Positions 1 through 9,217 of a stretch of DNA of 28,586 bases are shown here, in pieces. Position 1 is the stretch's first letter. Every line of letters starts with the position of its first letter. The notes beneath the pieces are model-generated. The model saw only the letters and a list, made by a program, of their open reading frames with translations. It ran no database searches and was not told the origin of the DNA. The translations under genes were made by a program, and so were the position numbers. The DNA is from a virus (Duplodnaviria > Caudoviricetes). Location of the stretch: positions 1 through 28,586 of the IMG/VR virus record IMGVR_UViG_3300020042_005790. One strand, 5' to 3'.

Positions 1-2
1 CA

Positions 3-413
3 GGGCCAGCATCAACCCAAACGAACACCCCAACCAATTTGGCAACCAACCAGGCTTTGCGCCTGATTGCGTCGGCCCAAGGTGTTAACTTGAATTCTGT
101 CGCCGACACCATCGCCCCCATTTTGGTGGCTGGTGACGTCAGCGTTCAAAGCATCATTGTTGCCAACGCAAGCGTTGACCTGACAACCGCGCAACTTGCT
201 GTTTACACCGGCCCAGGCGCCACCGGCACGGCTGTCAAGTCGGCCTACGCGTTGACCGGCAACAGCACCAGCGCCAAAGTTGTTGTGACTGCCGCTTCGT
301 CAACCGATTCGATTACAGGCACACCCTTGTATATTCGAAACACTACCGCCCAGGGCGCAGCGGCCACCGCCGATGTGTTCATTTACGGGTATGACCTGAC
401 GTTCTTGCCTTAA
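3..413 (+). CDS. Small Ala/Thr/Val-rich virion protein (5'-truncated; possible capsid decoration/cement protein)
   Basis: Frame is open from position 3 (GPASTQTNTPTNLATNQ...), so the listed TTG start at 39 is probably internal. Beta-rich composition, ends ADVFIYGYDLTFLP, followed by a terminator. Confidence 0.6.
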   Translation, partial: GPASTQTNTPTNLATNQALRLIASAQGVNLNSVADTIAPILVAGDVSVQSIIVANASVDLTTAQLAVYTGPGATGTAVKSAYALTGNSTSAKVVVTAASSTDSITGTPLYIRNTTAQGAAATADVFIYGYDLTFLP

Positions 414-434
414 TTGGGCATGAAATGGAAAGAG

Positions 435-462
435 GCCGCCCCCAAAAAGGGTGGCTTTTTTT
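435..462 (+). terminator. Rho-independent terminator
   Basis: Hairpin GCCGCCC-CCAAAAA-GGGTGGC followed by T7, directly after the stop at 413. Confidence 0.8.
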
Positions 463-507
463 CTATGGTAAGCACTATAATTTTGAAAACACGGGAAAGG
501 GTTAAAA

Positions 508-849
508 ATGGTAAATCTTGAAGCCATCCGGCCAAGCGGGCCAACTTATGCGCTTGATTTAACTTCATCGGCGTCAGCGGCTTTGCTGATTACGCCTTCG
601 ACCAACGATCAAACGAATTACGTGATTCTTTTGAACACCGGAAGCGATAAAGCGGCCGTCACGATGGCGCCCGAATCGGCCAACCTGGTGACGCCGACAA
701 TTGCCAGCACCGGCAATTCCGGTTCCTTCGTGTTACCTGGCGGCATGAATTTTCCCATTGTGATCGCAGCCCCCAAAGGCCCGTTCTACATTAAAGGGAT
801 TAGCAGCGGCACAAACACACTTTACATTACCCCCTGCCAAGCAGATTAA
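508..849 (+). CDS. Hypothetical virion protein (113 aa)
   Basis: ORF with AAAGGG RBS, beta-rich, collinear with the structural genes. Confidence 0.65.
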   Translation: MVNLEAIRPSGPTYALDLTSSASAALLITPSTNDQTNYVILLNTGSDKAAVTMAPESANLVTPTIASTGNSGSFVLPGGMNFPIVIAAPKGPFYIKGISSGTNTLYITPCQAD

Positions 850-858
850 GGGGGCGCC

Positions 859-3060
859 ATGTCGAACAGCACCGCTGTTACGAACACGACGAACATCAAA
901 CCGGTTCAGGGGCTTTTTCAACCTGAACCGACGTTTGATTTAATTTCGTTTGTTGGCCCCGCTGGCAGTTTGTTTTTTGCCCCAATCAATCCGATTCAAT
1001 CGGGTTTGACGATTACCGACAGCACAATTGATTCGTCCGTGATCGGTGGAACCGCGCCAGCAGCCGGTTATTTCACCAGCATTTACGCAACCACCGGCCA
1101 AGTGGCCACAACCCCTTCAGCCGACTTGGACATTGCCAACAAGGCTTACGTCGATTCCGTCGCCCAGGGCTTGGACGTGAAAGCGTCGTGCGTTTACGCA
1201 ACAACAAACAACATCACGCTGTCCGGCTTGGCTGTCCAGGCTGGTGGCGATTGGGCTGCCACGCTGACCGCGGGCGACCGCATCCTGGTTAAAAGCCAAA
1301 CCAACCAGGCGACCAACGGCATTTACGTGGCCAGCGCCAGCGGATGGACGCGCAGCGCCGACATGAACACCTGGGCCGAAGTGCCAAGCGCGTTCACGTT
1401 TATTGAATCAGGGACAACCCTAAGTGACACCGGTTGGGTTTGCACATCCAACCAGGGCGGCACAATTGACGTGACGCCAATCACCTGGTCGCAGTTTTCG
1501 GGCGCGGGTTCTTATTTGGCTGGCACAGGGTTAACCCTTACCGGCAACACATTCAGCATCACCAACACCGCGGTGACCGCGGCCGCATACGGTTCGGCTT
1601 CCCAGGTGGCCACGTTTACCGTGAACCCCCAAGGCCAATTGACTTTGGCGGCCAGCACCAGCATTGCAATTGCAGCAAGCCAAGTCACCAGCGGCACGAT
1701 TGACAGCGCCAGGTTGTCGGGCGCATATACCGGCATCACCGGTTTGGGAACTTTGCTTGACTTGACCGTGACCAACACAATCACCGGTTCAATTTCAGGC
1801 AACGCGGGAACGGCTACAACGGCCACCACGGCCACGAATTTGGGCGGTGGTGCATTGGGTTCGGTTCCATACCAAACGGCCGCTGGCGCCACTTCTTTCC
1901 TGGCTGTTGGGGCCAATGGCCAGGTGTTGACCTTGGCCGCCGGTGTTCCGACCTGGGCAACGCCTACGGTTGGCACGGTAACGTCGGTTGGCGGCACGGG
2001 TACGGTGTCCGGAATCAGTTTGTCCGGCACGGTTACCACCAGCGGCAATTTGACTTTGGGCGGCACGTTGGATTTGTCGGCGCCACCAGCAATTGGTGGA
2101 ACGACTGCAAACACAGTCAGAGGCACAACAATCACGGCCACAACAAAGTTTGTTGGCCCTTATTTTGACGCTGCCACAAGTGCTGGCGGTGCATTGCGTA
2201 ATTCAGGCGGCACGGCCCAATTGCAATGGGGCGCTGGCGGTGGTAATAATTTGACTTTGGATGTTTCCACAAACATCAACGGTGCAAACGCGCAAATTGA
2301 CATAAGCCCCACGGGAACCGGCCACGTTCACATGAAGCCAACAGGAACCGGTGCAATTGAAATTGCCCCAACCAGCCTTGGCACAATTAACAATATGTCG
2401 ATTGGTGCGACTACGGCATCAACAGGCAAATTCACCACGATTGATTTCAGCAGCACGTTGGCGGTGTCCGGTTCAACCGGCTCGGCTGGCCAGGTGTTGC
2501 AATCAAACGGCGCCAGCGCCCCGACCTGGGTGACGCCCACCGCTTACGCAACGGTAACCGACGACACAACCACAAACGGAACCAGGTATCCGTTGTTTGC
2601 GGATCATACAACCGGAAACCTGACCACTCAATATGTGTCGTCCACAAAATTTCAATTTAACCCGTCCACCGGCACATTGTCGGCCACGGTGTTCAGCGGA
2701 CCGGCTGCCAGCCTGACAAACGTTCCGGCTGGTCAATTGTCCGGCACGATTCCTTCGGGCGTCCTGGGCAATTCGACGGTTTATATTGGCACGACGGCCA
2801 TTGCGTTGAACCGCGGCAGCGCCAGCCAATCATTAACCGGTGTGAGCATTGACGGCAGCGCGGGAAGTGCAACAAACGCAACAAACGCAACAAATGTCGG
2901 CATCACGGACGACACTACCACGGCCGCGGAAATGTACCCAACCTGGGTGACGACCACCACGGGAAACTTGCCCGTAAAGGTGTCTTCGACTAAACTGAAA
3001 TTTAATCCATCAACAGGCGTTTTGACCATGACCGGTGGAACTGGCGGGGGCAACTTCTAA
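859..3060 (+). CDS. Long Gly/Thr-rich tail fibre-like protein (733 aa)
   Basis: ANKAYVD motif, GDRILVKSQTNQATNGIY..WTRSAD domain typical of phage fibres, repeated GT-rich segments, and two copies of DDTTT...YP...GNL...VSSTK.FNPSTG. Confidence 0.8.
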   Translation: MSNSTAVTNTTNIKPVQGLFQPEPTFDLISFVGPAGSLFFAPINPIQSGLTITDSTIDSSVIGGTAPAAGYFTSIYATTGQVATTPSADLDIANKAYVDSVAQGLDVKASCVYATTNNITLSGLAVQAGGDWAATLTAGDRILVKSQTNQATNGIYVASASGWTRSADMNTWAEVPSAFTFIESGTTLSDTGWVCTSNQGGTIDVTPITWSQFSGAGSYLAGTGLTLTGNTFSITNTAVTAAAYGSASQVATFTVNPQGQLTLAASTSIAIAASQVTSGTIDSARLSGAYTGITGLGTLLDLTVTNTITGSISGNAGTATTATTATNLGGGALGSVPYQTAAGATSFLAVGANGQVLTLAAGVPTWATPTVGTVTSVGGTGTVSGISLSGTVTTSGNLTLGGTLDLSAPPAIGGTTANTVRGTTITATTKFVGPYFDAATSAGGALRNSGGTAQLQWGAGGGNNLTLDVSTNINGANAQIDISPTGTGHVHMKPTGTGAIEIAPTSLGTINNMSIGATTASTGKFTTIDFSSTLAVSGSTGSAGQVLQSNGASAPTWVTPTAYATVTDDTTTNGTRYPLFADHTTGNLTTQYVSSTKFQFNPSTGTLSATVFSGPAASLTNVPAGQLSGTIPSGVLGNSTVYIGTTAIALNRGSASQSLTGVSIDGSAGSATNATNATNVGITDDTTTAAEMYPTWVTTTTGNLPVKVSSTKLKFNPSTGVLTMTGGTGGGNF
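2869..2895 (+). repeat. 9-bp tandem repeat GCAACAAAY x3 (ATN x3) in the fibre gene
   Basis: gcaacaaac gcaacaaac gcaacaaat read directly. Confidence 0.85.
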
Positions 3061-3383
3061 TGATTACAAAATGGAAAATCTTGGGCATTGATTCAACCGA
3101 TGGTGAATTGATTACCAAGGCAAAATACTTTGCAACCGTCAGCGACAATGATTTGGTTGTTGAAACGGAAGGTTTTTGGACGTTTCAAGAGCCAAAACTG
3201 AACGTCGCGTTTGTGGATGTGACCGAAGACATGATCGTGGCCTGGGTTCAGGCCGAAACAATGCAAGAGGGCGCCAACATGATTGAAAAGCGCCTGAACG
3301 AACAATTGGCCGCTTTGAAAGCGCAGCGCGTCACACCGCTGCCCTGGGCGCCCCAAACGTTCACACCGGATTTGAAGGGATAA
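3060..3383 (+). CDS. Small fibre-associated protein (107 aa)
   Basis: TAATG coupling to the fibre gene. The F.DVTEDMIVAWV...LPW pattern resembles small proteins found next to phage fibre genes. Confidence 0.65.
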   Translation: MITKWKILGIDSTDGELITKAKYFATVSDNDLVVETEGFWTFQEPKLNVAFVDVTEDMIVAWVQAETMQEGANMIEKRLNEQLAALKAQRVTPLPWAPQTFTPDLKG

Positions 3384-3386
3384 AAA

Positions 3387-5303
3387 ATGGCGGTTAACTT
3401 ATCACCCGTTGGCGGCGTTGCTGCCCAATTTTTCACAAACGACGGCGTTCCCCTGGCCGGTGGTTTGATTTACACCTATGCGGCCGGAACCAACACCCCC
3501 GCGGCCAGTTACACCACCAGCGCGGGAACAATTGCCCATTCCAATCCAATCGTTTTGGATTCGGCTGGTCGCGTTCCTACCGGTGAAATTTGGTTGACAG
3601 ATGGCATTTCATACAAGTTTGTTTTAAAAGATTCCACCGGCGCATTGTTGGCCACTTACGACAACATTGTCGGCATCAATTCCAATTTTATCAATTACAC
3701 CGGCAGCCAGGAAATCCAAACGGCTACGGCTGGCCAAACCGTGTTTACGTTGACAACCATGCAATATCAACCTGGAACCGGCAGTTTGTCGGTGTTTGTT
3801 GATGGCGTAAACCAATACGGGCCTGGCGCCCAATATGCCTATGTTGAAACCAGCGGCACGGTGGTGACGTTTGTGTCCGGCCTTCATGTTGGTGCATCGG
3901 TAAAATTTACCACCACCGCCATCAATTCGGCATCGTATGGTGACGCATTTCAAATTTCTTATACGCCACCATTTGCGGGAAGCGTACCCACCAATGTCGG
4001 TGACAAATTGGCGCAAACTGTTAGTGTCAAAGATTTTGGTGCTGTTGGTGATGGCGTAACCGATGACACTGTGGCAATTCAAGCCGCTTTAGACGCAATT
4101 GCATCAAAAAGCGCAAACAGTATTGGTGGAACTGTATTCCTTCCATCGGGTCGATATTTGGTTACAGCCCCGCTTGGGATGTGGGTTGGCACAACAATTG
4201 AGGGCGAAACGTCGGGGCTTGTTGGTGTTGCGCCTAATTCAAATACGGGAACAACATTTGTTTTAAGCCCTTACCAAAGCAATGGCACAACGCCTTGGAC
4301 TACTTCAACATTAAATCCTGGCACAACAGTTTCAGGTCGAGTGTTGTTTTACTTAAAAGGAAGCGGTGGCGTAATTTCTTTGCGTAATTTTGGCGCAATA
4401 CCAAACAATGCTTTATCTGCAAACGGAATATTTTTGTACGCAGGAAATCAAACTGGTATTTATGTTGGTCAAGGAATTACGCAAGGATACTTTGACACTA
4501 TTAGGCCAACTGCGTTCAGTGTGTGTTTCAACACATCCAAGATGAATGACTGCAATTTTGTCAATTGCGGTATGGAATTCTGCCAAACTGTTTTTAATGT
4601 TATCAATGATTCCAATGGTTCGATTGGGCAGTTTTCGGACAATAGATTTGTCAACACGACATTTTTTGGCTACCTGAACGCATTTACGATGGGTGAAGGT
4701 CAATCTGCAAATTGTTCGTTTTCAGCGTGTTCATTTCTTGGTAGTGTTGGAATAAACACCAACGCATTTATAAACGCTGGAACTAATGCAACGTTAATTG
4801 AGTTTTGGACATTCAGCAGTTGTGTGTTTAACAACTCATCTGCACCAGGTGGAAACAAAAGTTTGATGCGAGTTTCATCCGGTAATCCAAGGATTGAACG
4901 CGTAACTTTTGCTGGCTGCACTTTTTTTGAGTGCGGAATTGATATCCAATATATAGCACCGTCTGTAACAATTTCTTATTTAGTTTTTTCAGGGTGTATA
5001 TTTTATGATTCTCCAACATTAATTGCATTTGAAGTTGATGTTTTGTCAATGGTTGGATGCACATTTATTTTTGATTCATACATTGCAATTTCAGGATTTA
5101 ACAATGGCGTAATAAGCGGGTGCAATTTTCTTGGCTTAAATTCGGCGGGGACTTACGATGTAAATATTACCGCTGCAATCAATACAAACTTTGTCATTAC
5201 TGGAAACGCATTCCGAAGCGGCAAAGGCGTTGGCATCAGTGGCGGGTCAACAAGTTACAAAGTGCTGTCTAATTTGAACCAGGCAGACGTTACCAATCCG
5301 TAA
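3387..5303 (+). CDS. Tailspike-like protein: virion-anchoring N-terminus plus pectate-lyase-3-like beta-helix
   Basis: N-terminal QFFTNDGVPLAGGLIYTYAAGT...NPIVLDSAGR anchor. VKDFGAVGDGVTDDTVAIQAA..GGTVFLPSGRY marks the start of a pectate_lyase_3 domain. F.GC.F repeats indicate a parallel beta-helix. Confidence 0.85.
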   Translation: MAVNLSPVGGVAAQFFTNDGVPLAGGLIYTYAAGTNTPAASYTTSAGTIAHSNPIVLDSAGRVPTGEIWLTDGISYKFVLKDSTGALLATYDNIVGINSNFINYTGSQEIQTATAGQTVFTLTTMQYQPGTGSLSVFVDGVNQYGPGAQYAYVETSGTVVTFVSGLHVGASVKFTTTAINSASYGDAFQISYTPPFAGSVPTNVGDKLAQTVSVKDFGAVGDGVTDDTVAIQAALDAIASKSANSIGGTVFLPSGRYLVTAPLGMWVGTTIEGETSGLVGVAPNSNTGTTFVLSPYQSNGTTPWTTSTLNPGTTVSGRVLFYLKGSGGVISLRNFGAIPNNALSANGIFLYAGNQTGIYVGQGITQGYFDTIRPTAFSVCFNTSKMNDCNFVNCGMEFCQTVFNVINDSNGSIGQFSDNRFVNTTFFGYLNAFTMGEGQSANCSFSACSFLGSVGINTNAFINAGTNATLIEFWTFSSCVFNNSSAPGGNKSLMRVSSGNPRIERVTFAGCTFFECGIDIQYIAPSVTISYLVFSGCIFYDSPTLIAFEVDVLSMVGCTFIFDSYIAISGFNNGVISGCNFLGLNSAGTYDVNITAAINTNFVITGNAFRSGKGVGISGGSTSYKVLSNLNQADVTNP

Positions 5304-5312
5304 GGCAAAAAC

Positions 5313-6485
5313 ATGGCACAAACTGGTTACACCCCGATCCTAATTTACAGCAGCAGCACGACCACAAACGCGCCCGCTGCCGGTAATCTGACCAACAGCA
5401 CGTTGGGGTCGGAACTTGCCATCAACATCACCGATGGCAAATTGTTTTACAAAGACAATGCCAACGCCATCCAAGTGATTGCTTGGAAGACAACGCCAAC
5501 CACCGCGGGCGGCACGGGATTGACTTCTTACACCGCGGGCGATTTGCTTTATTACGCAACCGGGACAACGTTGGCGAAATTGGCAATCGGCGCCAGCACC
5601 ACCGTGTTAACCAGCAGCGGCAGCGCCCCCCAATGGACTGCACAAAGCAGCCTGGCGGTTGGAACTGCAAGCAATTTGAAATCAAACGCCACTACCGGCG
5701 TGATGCAAATTGTTGGGCCAACCGCAGCGTCAACCCGCGTAATGACTATTCCCGACGCCAACTTTTTGGTGGCTAGGCTAGATGGCGCACAAACATTTAC
5801 TGCTGCACAAACTATTGAAGGCACAACACAAATTTTTACGGTGGGTTCTTCGGCTAAAAAATTGTATTTTTATCCCGATACATCGGGTGAGGCCATTACA
5901 ACAAAAACATTGCAAAATGGCGCTGGAATTTATTTTAATGACACTCTTGATTCGGTGCATTTGCTCACGGGCGGCGCTTATAGGTTGTCAGCCAATACCG
6001 CTGGTAATGTTACTGTTGATACGGGAAACCTAATTATCGGCACATCAGGCAAAGGCATTAACTTCACCGCCAATACCCCGCAAGCGGGTATGACAAGCCA
6101 GTTGCTAAATTGGTATGAAGAAGGAACTTGGACCCCCTCAGCTTCTTCCACTGTGGGGTCAATTACTACATACGCATCAGGCGGTACATATACAAGAGTG
6201 GGAAGGCAAGTAACTGTGACTGCTTATGTTGATTTAACCAATGTAGGCACTGCTGCGGGGTCTATGCTTATCAGCAATTTTCCATTTAAAAACGGCGGTG
6301 CGTCAGGTGCGGGGTATTTGCAACAAATGGGGGTAGCGAGAGAGACAGGCGTTACTGGTGCAACTTATGCTGTTTTGTTAGTGGGGAATTCAACAAATGG
6401 CTATATTTCGTCATTGACTGGTGGCGCAATCACATGGGTAAGTACCTATCAATACGCCTTGTCAATAACATATTACACGTCTTAA
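5313..6485 (+). CDS. Tail fibre protein (390 aa)
   Basis: N-terminal ELAINITDGKLFYKD motif (Mtd/hyaluronidase N-terminal-like). C-terminal YEEGTWTP...GTYTRVGRQVTV receptor-binding-type knob. Confidence 0.75.
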   Translation: MAQTGYTPILIYSSSTTTNAPAAGNLTNSTLGSELAINITDGKLFYKDNANAIQVIAWKTTPTTAGGTGLTSYTAGDLLYYATGTTLAKLAIGASTTVLTSSGSAPQWTAQSSLAVGTASNLKSNATTGVMQIVGPTAASTRVMTIPDANFLVARLDGAQTFTAAQTIEGTTQIFTVGSSAKKLYFYPDTSGEAITTKTLQNGAGIYFNDTLDSVHLLTGGAYRLSANTAGNVTVDTGNLIIGTSGKGINFTANTPQAGMTSQLLNWYEEGTWTPSASSTVGSITTYASGGTYTRVGRQVTVTAYVDLTNVGTAAGSMLISNFPFKNGGASGAGYLQQMGVARETGVTGATYAVLLVGNSTNGYISSLTGGAITWVSTYQYALSITYYTS

Positions 6486-6495
6486 GGAAATAAAA

Positions 6496-7959
6496 ATGTC
6501 TTTAACAAAAGCATCGTATTCAATGATAACTGGCGCACCCGCCAATGTGCTGGATTTTGGTGCGGTTGGTGACGGTACAACAGATGACACCGCCGCTATT
6601 CAAGCGGCATTAACCACGGGCCGTTCTGTTTATCTGCCTCAAAATACATACGCCATTTCTGCAACTTTGCGTTTAAATTCTGATGGTCAGATTTTTTTTG
6701 GCGATGGTGATGGAAATGCAAATGAACCAGCCCGATCTGTTTTAAAGTGGATTGGCGCTTCTAATGGAAAAATGTTTTCTATCAGTAATGGGACAACAGA
6801 AAATTGGCAAAATTGCACAGTTAGAAATATTTGGTTTAACGGCAATTCTTTGGCAAACATAGCTATTGAAGGATATGCAGCAGCCGTATCAGGCGGTGCA
6901 TGGAGGAATCGATATGAGTATCTTACAATTAGCGGATTAACAGGCGCTAACAGCACTGCTTTTGATCTTGGTTCGGGTTCTTTTCCTAATTTTGCCCATG
7001 ACGCTGAAATTAATAGTTGTTTTGTGATTGGTGCTGTTCGAGGCGCTATTGGCGCTGGCTCATTACAAAGATTTAATAACACTACATTTTCTTTATGTAC
7101 AAATGCGGTGGTGGGTTTAGTTGGTTCGGCTTGGAATTTTGTGGGTTGTGTTTTTAGTCAATCGGGTGCATACGATTTTAACGGTACAAATATTCAAGTT
7201 GCCAACTTTACAGGCTGCTGGTTTGAAGATAGCACAACAGGTATTTATCTAGCCACAACAGCACATACTTGTAATTTTGATGGTTGCTATTTGCAAACCA
7301 AATCTACAAACACAACACAACTGATGAACATGGGAAATGCCGCTGGCAATTTTTCCATTAAAGGTTGTTTTGTTCCCGTTTCTAGCGGTTCGTTTTTAAT
7401 TAAAAATGTGAATGGAAACTATGAATACGATGCTATGTCAAGCAACGTGGTTCTTGAGCCTGGCTATCGGTATCGTTCACAAGGTTTAGTTAGGTCAGAC
7501 AATGGTGCATTTGCGGCGGGTATAACTAGCGATCAAAATAACGCAACTGGTGATGGCACTGTTTTTTCATTAAACAGCAGTGCTTTTACTGAAGAATATG
7601 ATACGGGTGGATTTTTCAATGCTGCCACAGGTGTTTTTACTGCGCCATTGTTTGGATATTATCAATTTTCGGGTGCTATTGCACTTGGCGAAGTTGCAGC
7701 AGGGCATACATCGGCATATCTGTCTTTGGTCACAACTAGTGATGTTTATACTCTTGGCGCAATAAATCCTAGTGCTGTACGCACTGGCGGTGCTTTTCCA
7801 GATTATGTGTTTTTACAAGGCACGGTCACTGTATTAATGTCGCCGTCTGACACGGCATATCTTCAAATAACGGTGGCAGGTTCAACAAAAACTGTTGATG
7901 TTTTATCAGGAACTACCGCTGTTGATTGGCGCACTCGATTTGAAGGTCGAATGATTTAA
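6496..7959 (+). CDS. Second tailspike-like protein: pectate-lyase-3-like beta-helix plus C-terminal C1q-like domain
   Basis: NVLDFGAVGDGTTDDTAAIQAA..VYLPQNTY and F.GC.F repeats. C-terminal YDTGGFFNAATGVFTAPLFGYYQF...TRFEGRMI resembles C1q/TNF-like domains. Confidence 0.8.
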   Translation: MSLTKASYSMITGAPANVLDFGAVGDGTTDDTAAIQAALTTGRSVYLPQNTYAISATLRLNSDGQIFFGDGDGNANEPARSVLKWIGASNGKMFSISNGTTENWQNCTVRNIWFNGNSLANIAIEGYAAAVSGGAWRNRYEYLTISGLTGANSTAFDLGSGSFPNFAHDAEINSCFVIGAVRGAIGAGSLQRFNNTTFSLCTNAVVGLVGSAWNFVGCVFSQSGAYDFNGTNIQVANFTGCWFEDSTTGIYLATTAHTCNFDGCYLQTKSTNTTQLMNMGNAAGNFSIKGCFVPVSSGSFLIKNVNGNYEYDAMSSNVVLEPGYRYRSQGLVRSDNGAFAAGITSDQNNATGDGTVFSLNSSAFTEEYDTGGFFNAATGVFTAPLFGYYQFSGAIALGEVAAGHTSAYLSLVTTSDVYTLGAINPSAVRTGGAFPDYVFLQGTVTVLMSPSDTAYLQITVAGSTKTVDVLSGTTAVDWRTRFEGRMI

Positions 7960-7983
7960 TTTTAATTTTAAAAAAAGGTTTTT

Positions 7984-8241
7984 ATGTTTGAAAAACAAAC
8001 CGTTGTTGACCGCATTGAAGTACTGGCAGATCAAACTGTTGCTGTGCGATATGTGGTAACCGTTCTTGAAGATAGTCAGCCTTTTGCCGAACAAGTCAAA
8101 GGTAATTACTTTAAGCCAGGCGATGATTACAGCGCCGAGGATGCCAAAGTTCAAGCCATTTGCGCCGCGGTGCATACGCCTGAAGTAATTGCAGCCTATC
8201 AAGCGGCTTTAGAAGCCAGCAAACTAAAAATCGAGGAATAA
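7984..8241 (+). CDS. Small tail-fibre-associated protein (85 aa)
   Basis: [33 protein letters not shown] resembles small proteins that follow phage fibre genes. Confidence 0.65.
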   Translation: MFEKQTVVDRIEVLADQTVAVRYVVTVLEDSQPFAEQVKGNYFKPGDDYSAEDAKVQAICAAVHTPEVIAAYQAALEASKLKIEE

Positions 8242-8242
8242 C

Positions 8243-9217
8243 ATGACCACGCCGTTTGACATTGTTACTCGCGCCATGAAGGACATTGGCGCGTTGGCCG
8301 CGGGTGAGGTTCCAACCGCTGACGAAGCCCAAGACGGCTACGATATGTTGAACGATATGTGCGCCCAATGGTCGAACGAAAACATGATGGTTTTTTATAA
8401 AACCGAAATCATTTTTCCGGTCGTTCAAAACCAAACGCAATACACCATCGGCCCAGGTGGCCAAGTGGGTTGCACATTCACCGGATCAATCAGCGGCACA
8501 ACGCTGACCATTCCGGCCAACGGCGTGACTTCAGGCGCCATCACCATTGGCCAAACATTGACGGGAACCGGCGTTGCAGCCGGAACCACAATTGTGAACT
8601 TCAACACCGGCGGCGGCGGCAACGTCAACGAAGCTGGAACGTACACCGTCAGCCAATCGCAAACGGTGGCCAGCACAACCATTCAGGGTTACTACGAACG
8701 CCCGCTGACGTTGGAATCGGCGTTTGTGCGCGTGACCACGACCAGCAATGGCGCCCCAATTTACGGCGGCGGCCTGGACTATCCCGTGGCCATTTTTGCC
8801 CTGGAACAGTACGAATCCATTGGCCTGAAGCAATTGAACGGCCCCTGGCCAAAAGGCGTTTATTACCAGGCAAGCGAAAACCTTGGCACGATTTACGTTT
8901 GGCCAAACCCCGCCCAAGGCGAAATGCACATTTTTGCCTATACGCAATTCCGCACGTTCACCGCGCAAACCAACGACATTGCGTTGCCGCCTGGTTACAT
9001 CAACGCATTGCGTTGGTGTTTGGCTGAACGGTTGCTGCCCATGTTTGGCAAGATGAACCAGGTTCAAATGGCCATGATAAATTCGCTGGCTGCCCAGGCA
9101 AAGGCGACAATCAAACGCACCAATATGCGGCCGCCGCAAGTGGCGCGTTATCCTGACACGCTGTTGATGGGCAAATCAAAAGATGCCGGTTTCATCATGG
9201 ATGGGGGATTTGCATAA
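8243..9217 (+). CDS. Head-to-tail adaptor (P22 gp4-like) with an inserted beta-domain
   Basis: [39 protein letters not shown]-terminus and [18 protein letters not shown]-terminus. Lies directly upstream of the gp10-like gene. Confidence 0.7.
   Translation: MTTPFDIVTRAMKDIGALAAGEVPTADEAQDGYDMLNDMCAQWSNENMMVFYKTEIIFPVVQNQTQYTIGPGGQVGCTFTGSISGTTLTIPANGVTSGAITIGQTLTGTGVAAGTTIVNFNTGGGGNVNEAGTYTVSQSQTVASTTIQGYYERPLTLESAFVRVTTTSNGAPIYGGGLDYPVAIFALEQYESIGLKQLNGPWPKGVYYQASENLGTIYVWPNPAQGEMHIFAYTQFRTFTAQTNDIALPPGYINALRWCLAERLLPMFGKMNQVQMAMINSLAAQAKATIKRTNMRPPQVARYPDTLLMGKSKDAGFIMDGGFA

Noticed and set aside
1512-3053. Long antisense ORFs (e.g. 1512-2141, 2781-3053) opposite the fibre gene
   Set aside because: Val/Pro/Ala-rich mirror translations of Thr/Gly codons with no RBS; shadow ORFs.
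3387-7959. Diversity-generating retroelement or invertible tail-fibre switch
   Set aside because: No reverse transcriptase or invertase in the window. The repeated segments are direct, and their differences are mostly synonymous and not adenine-specific.
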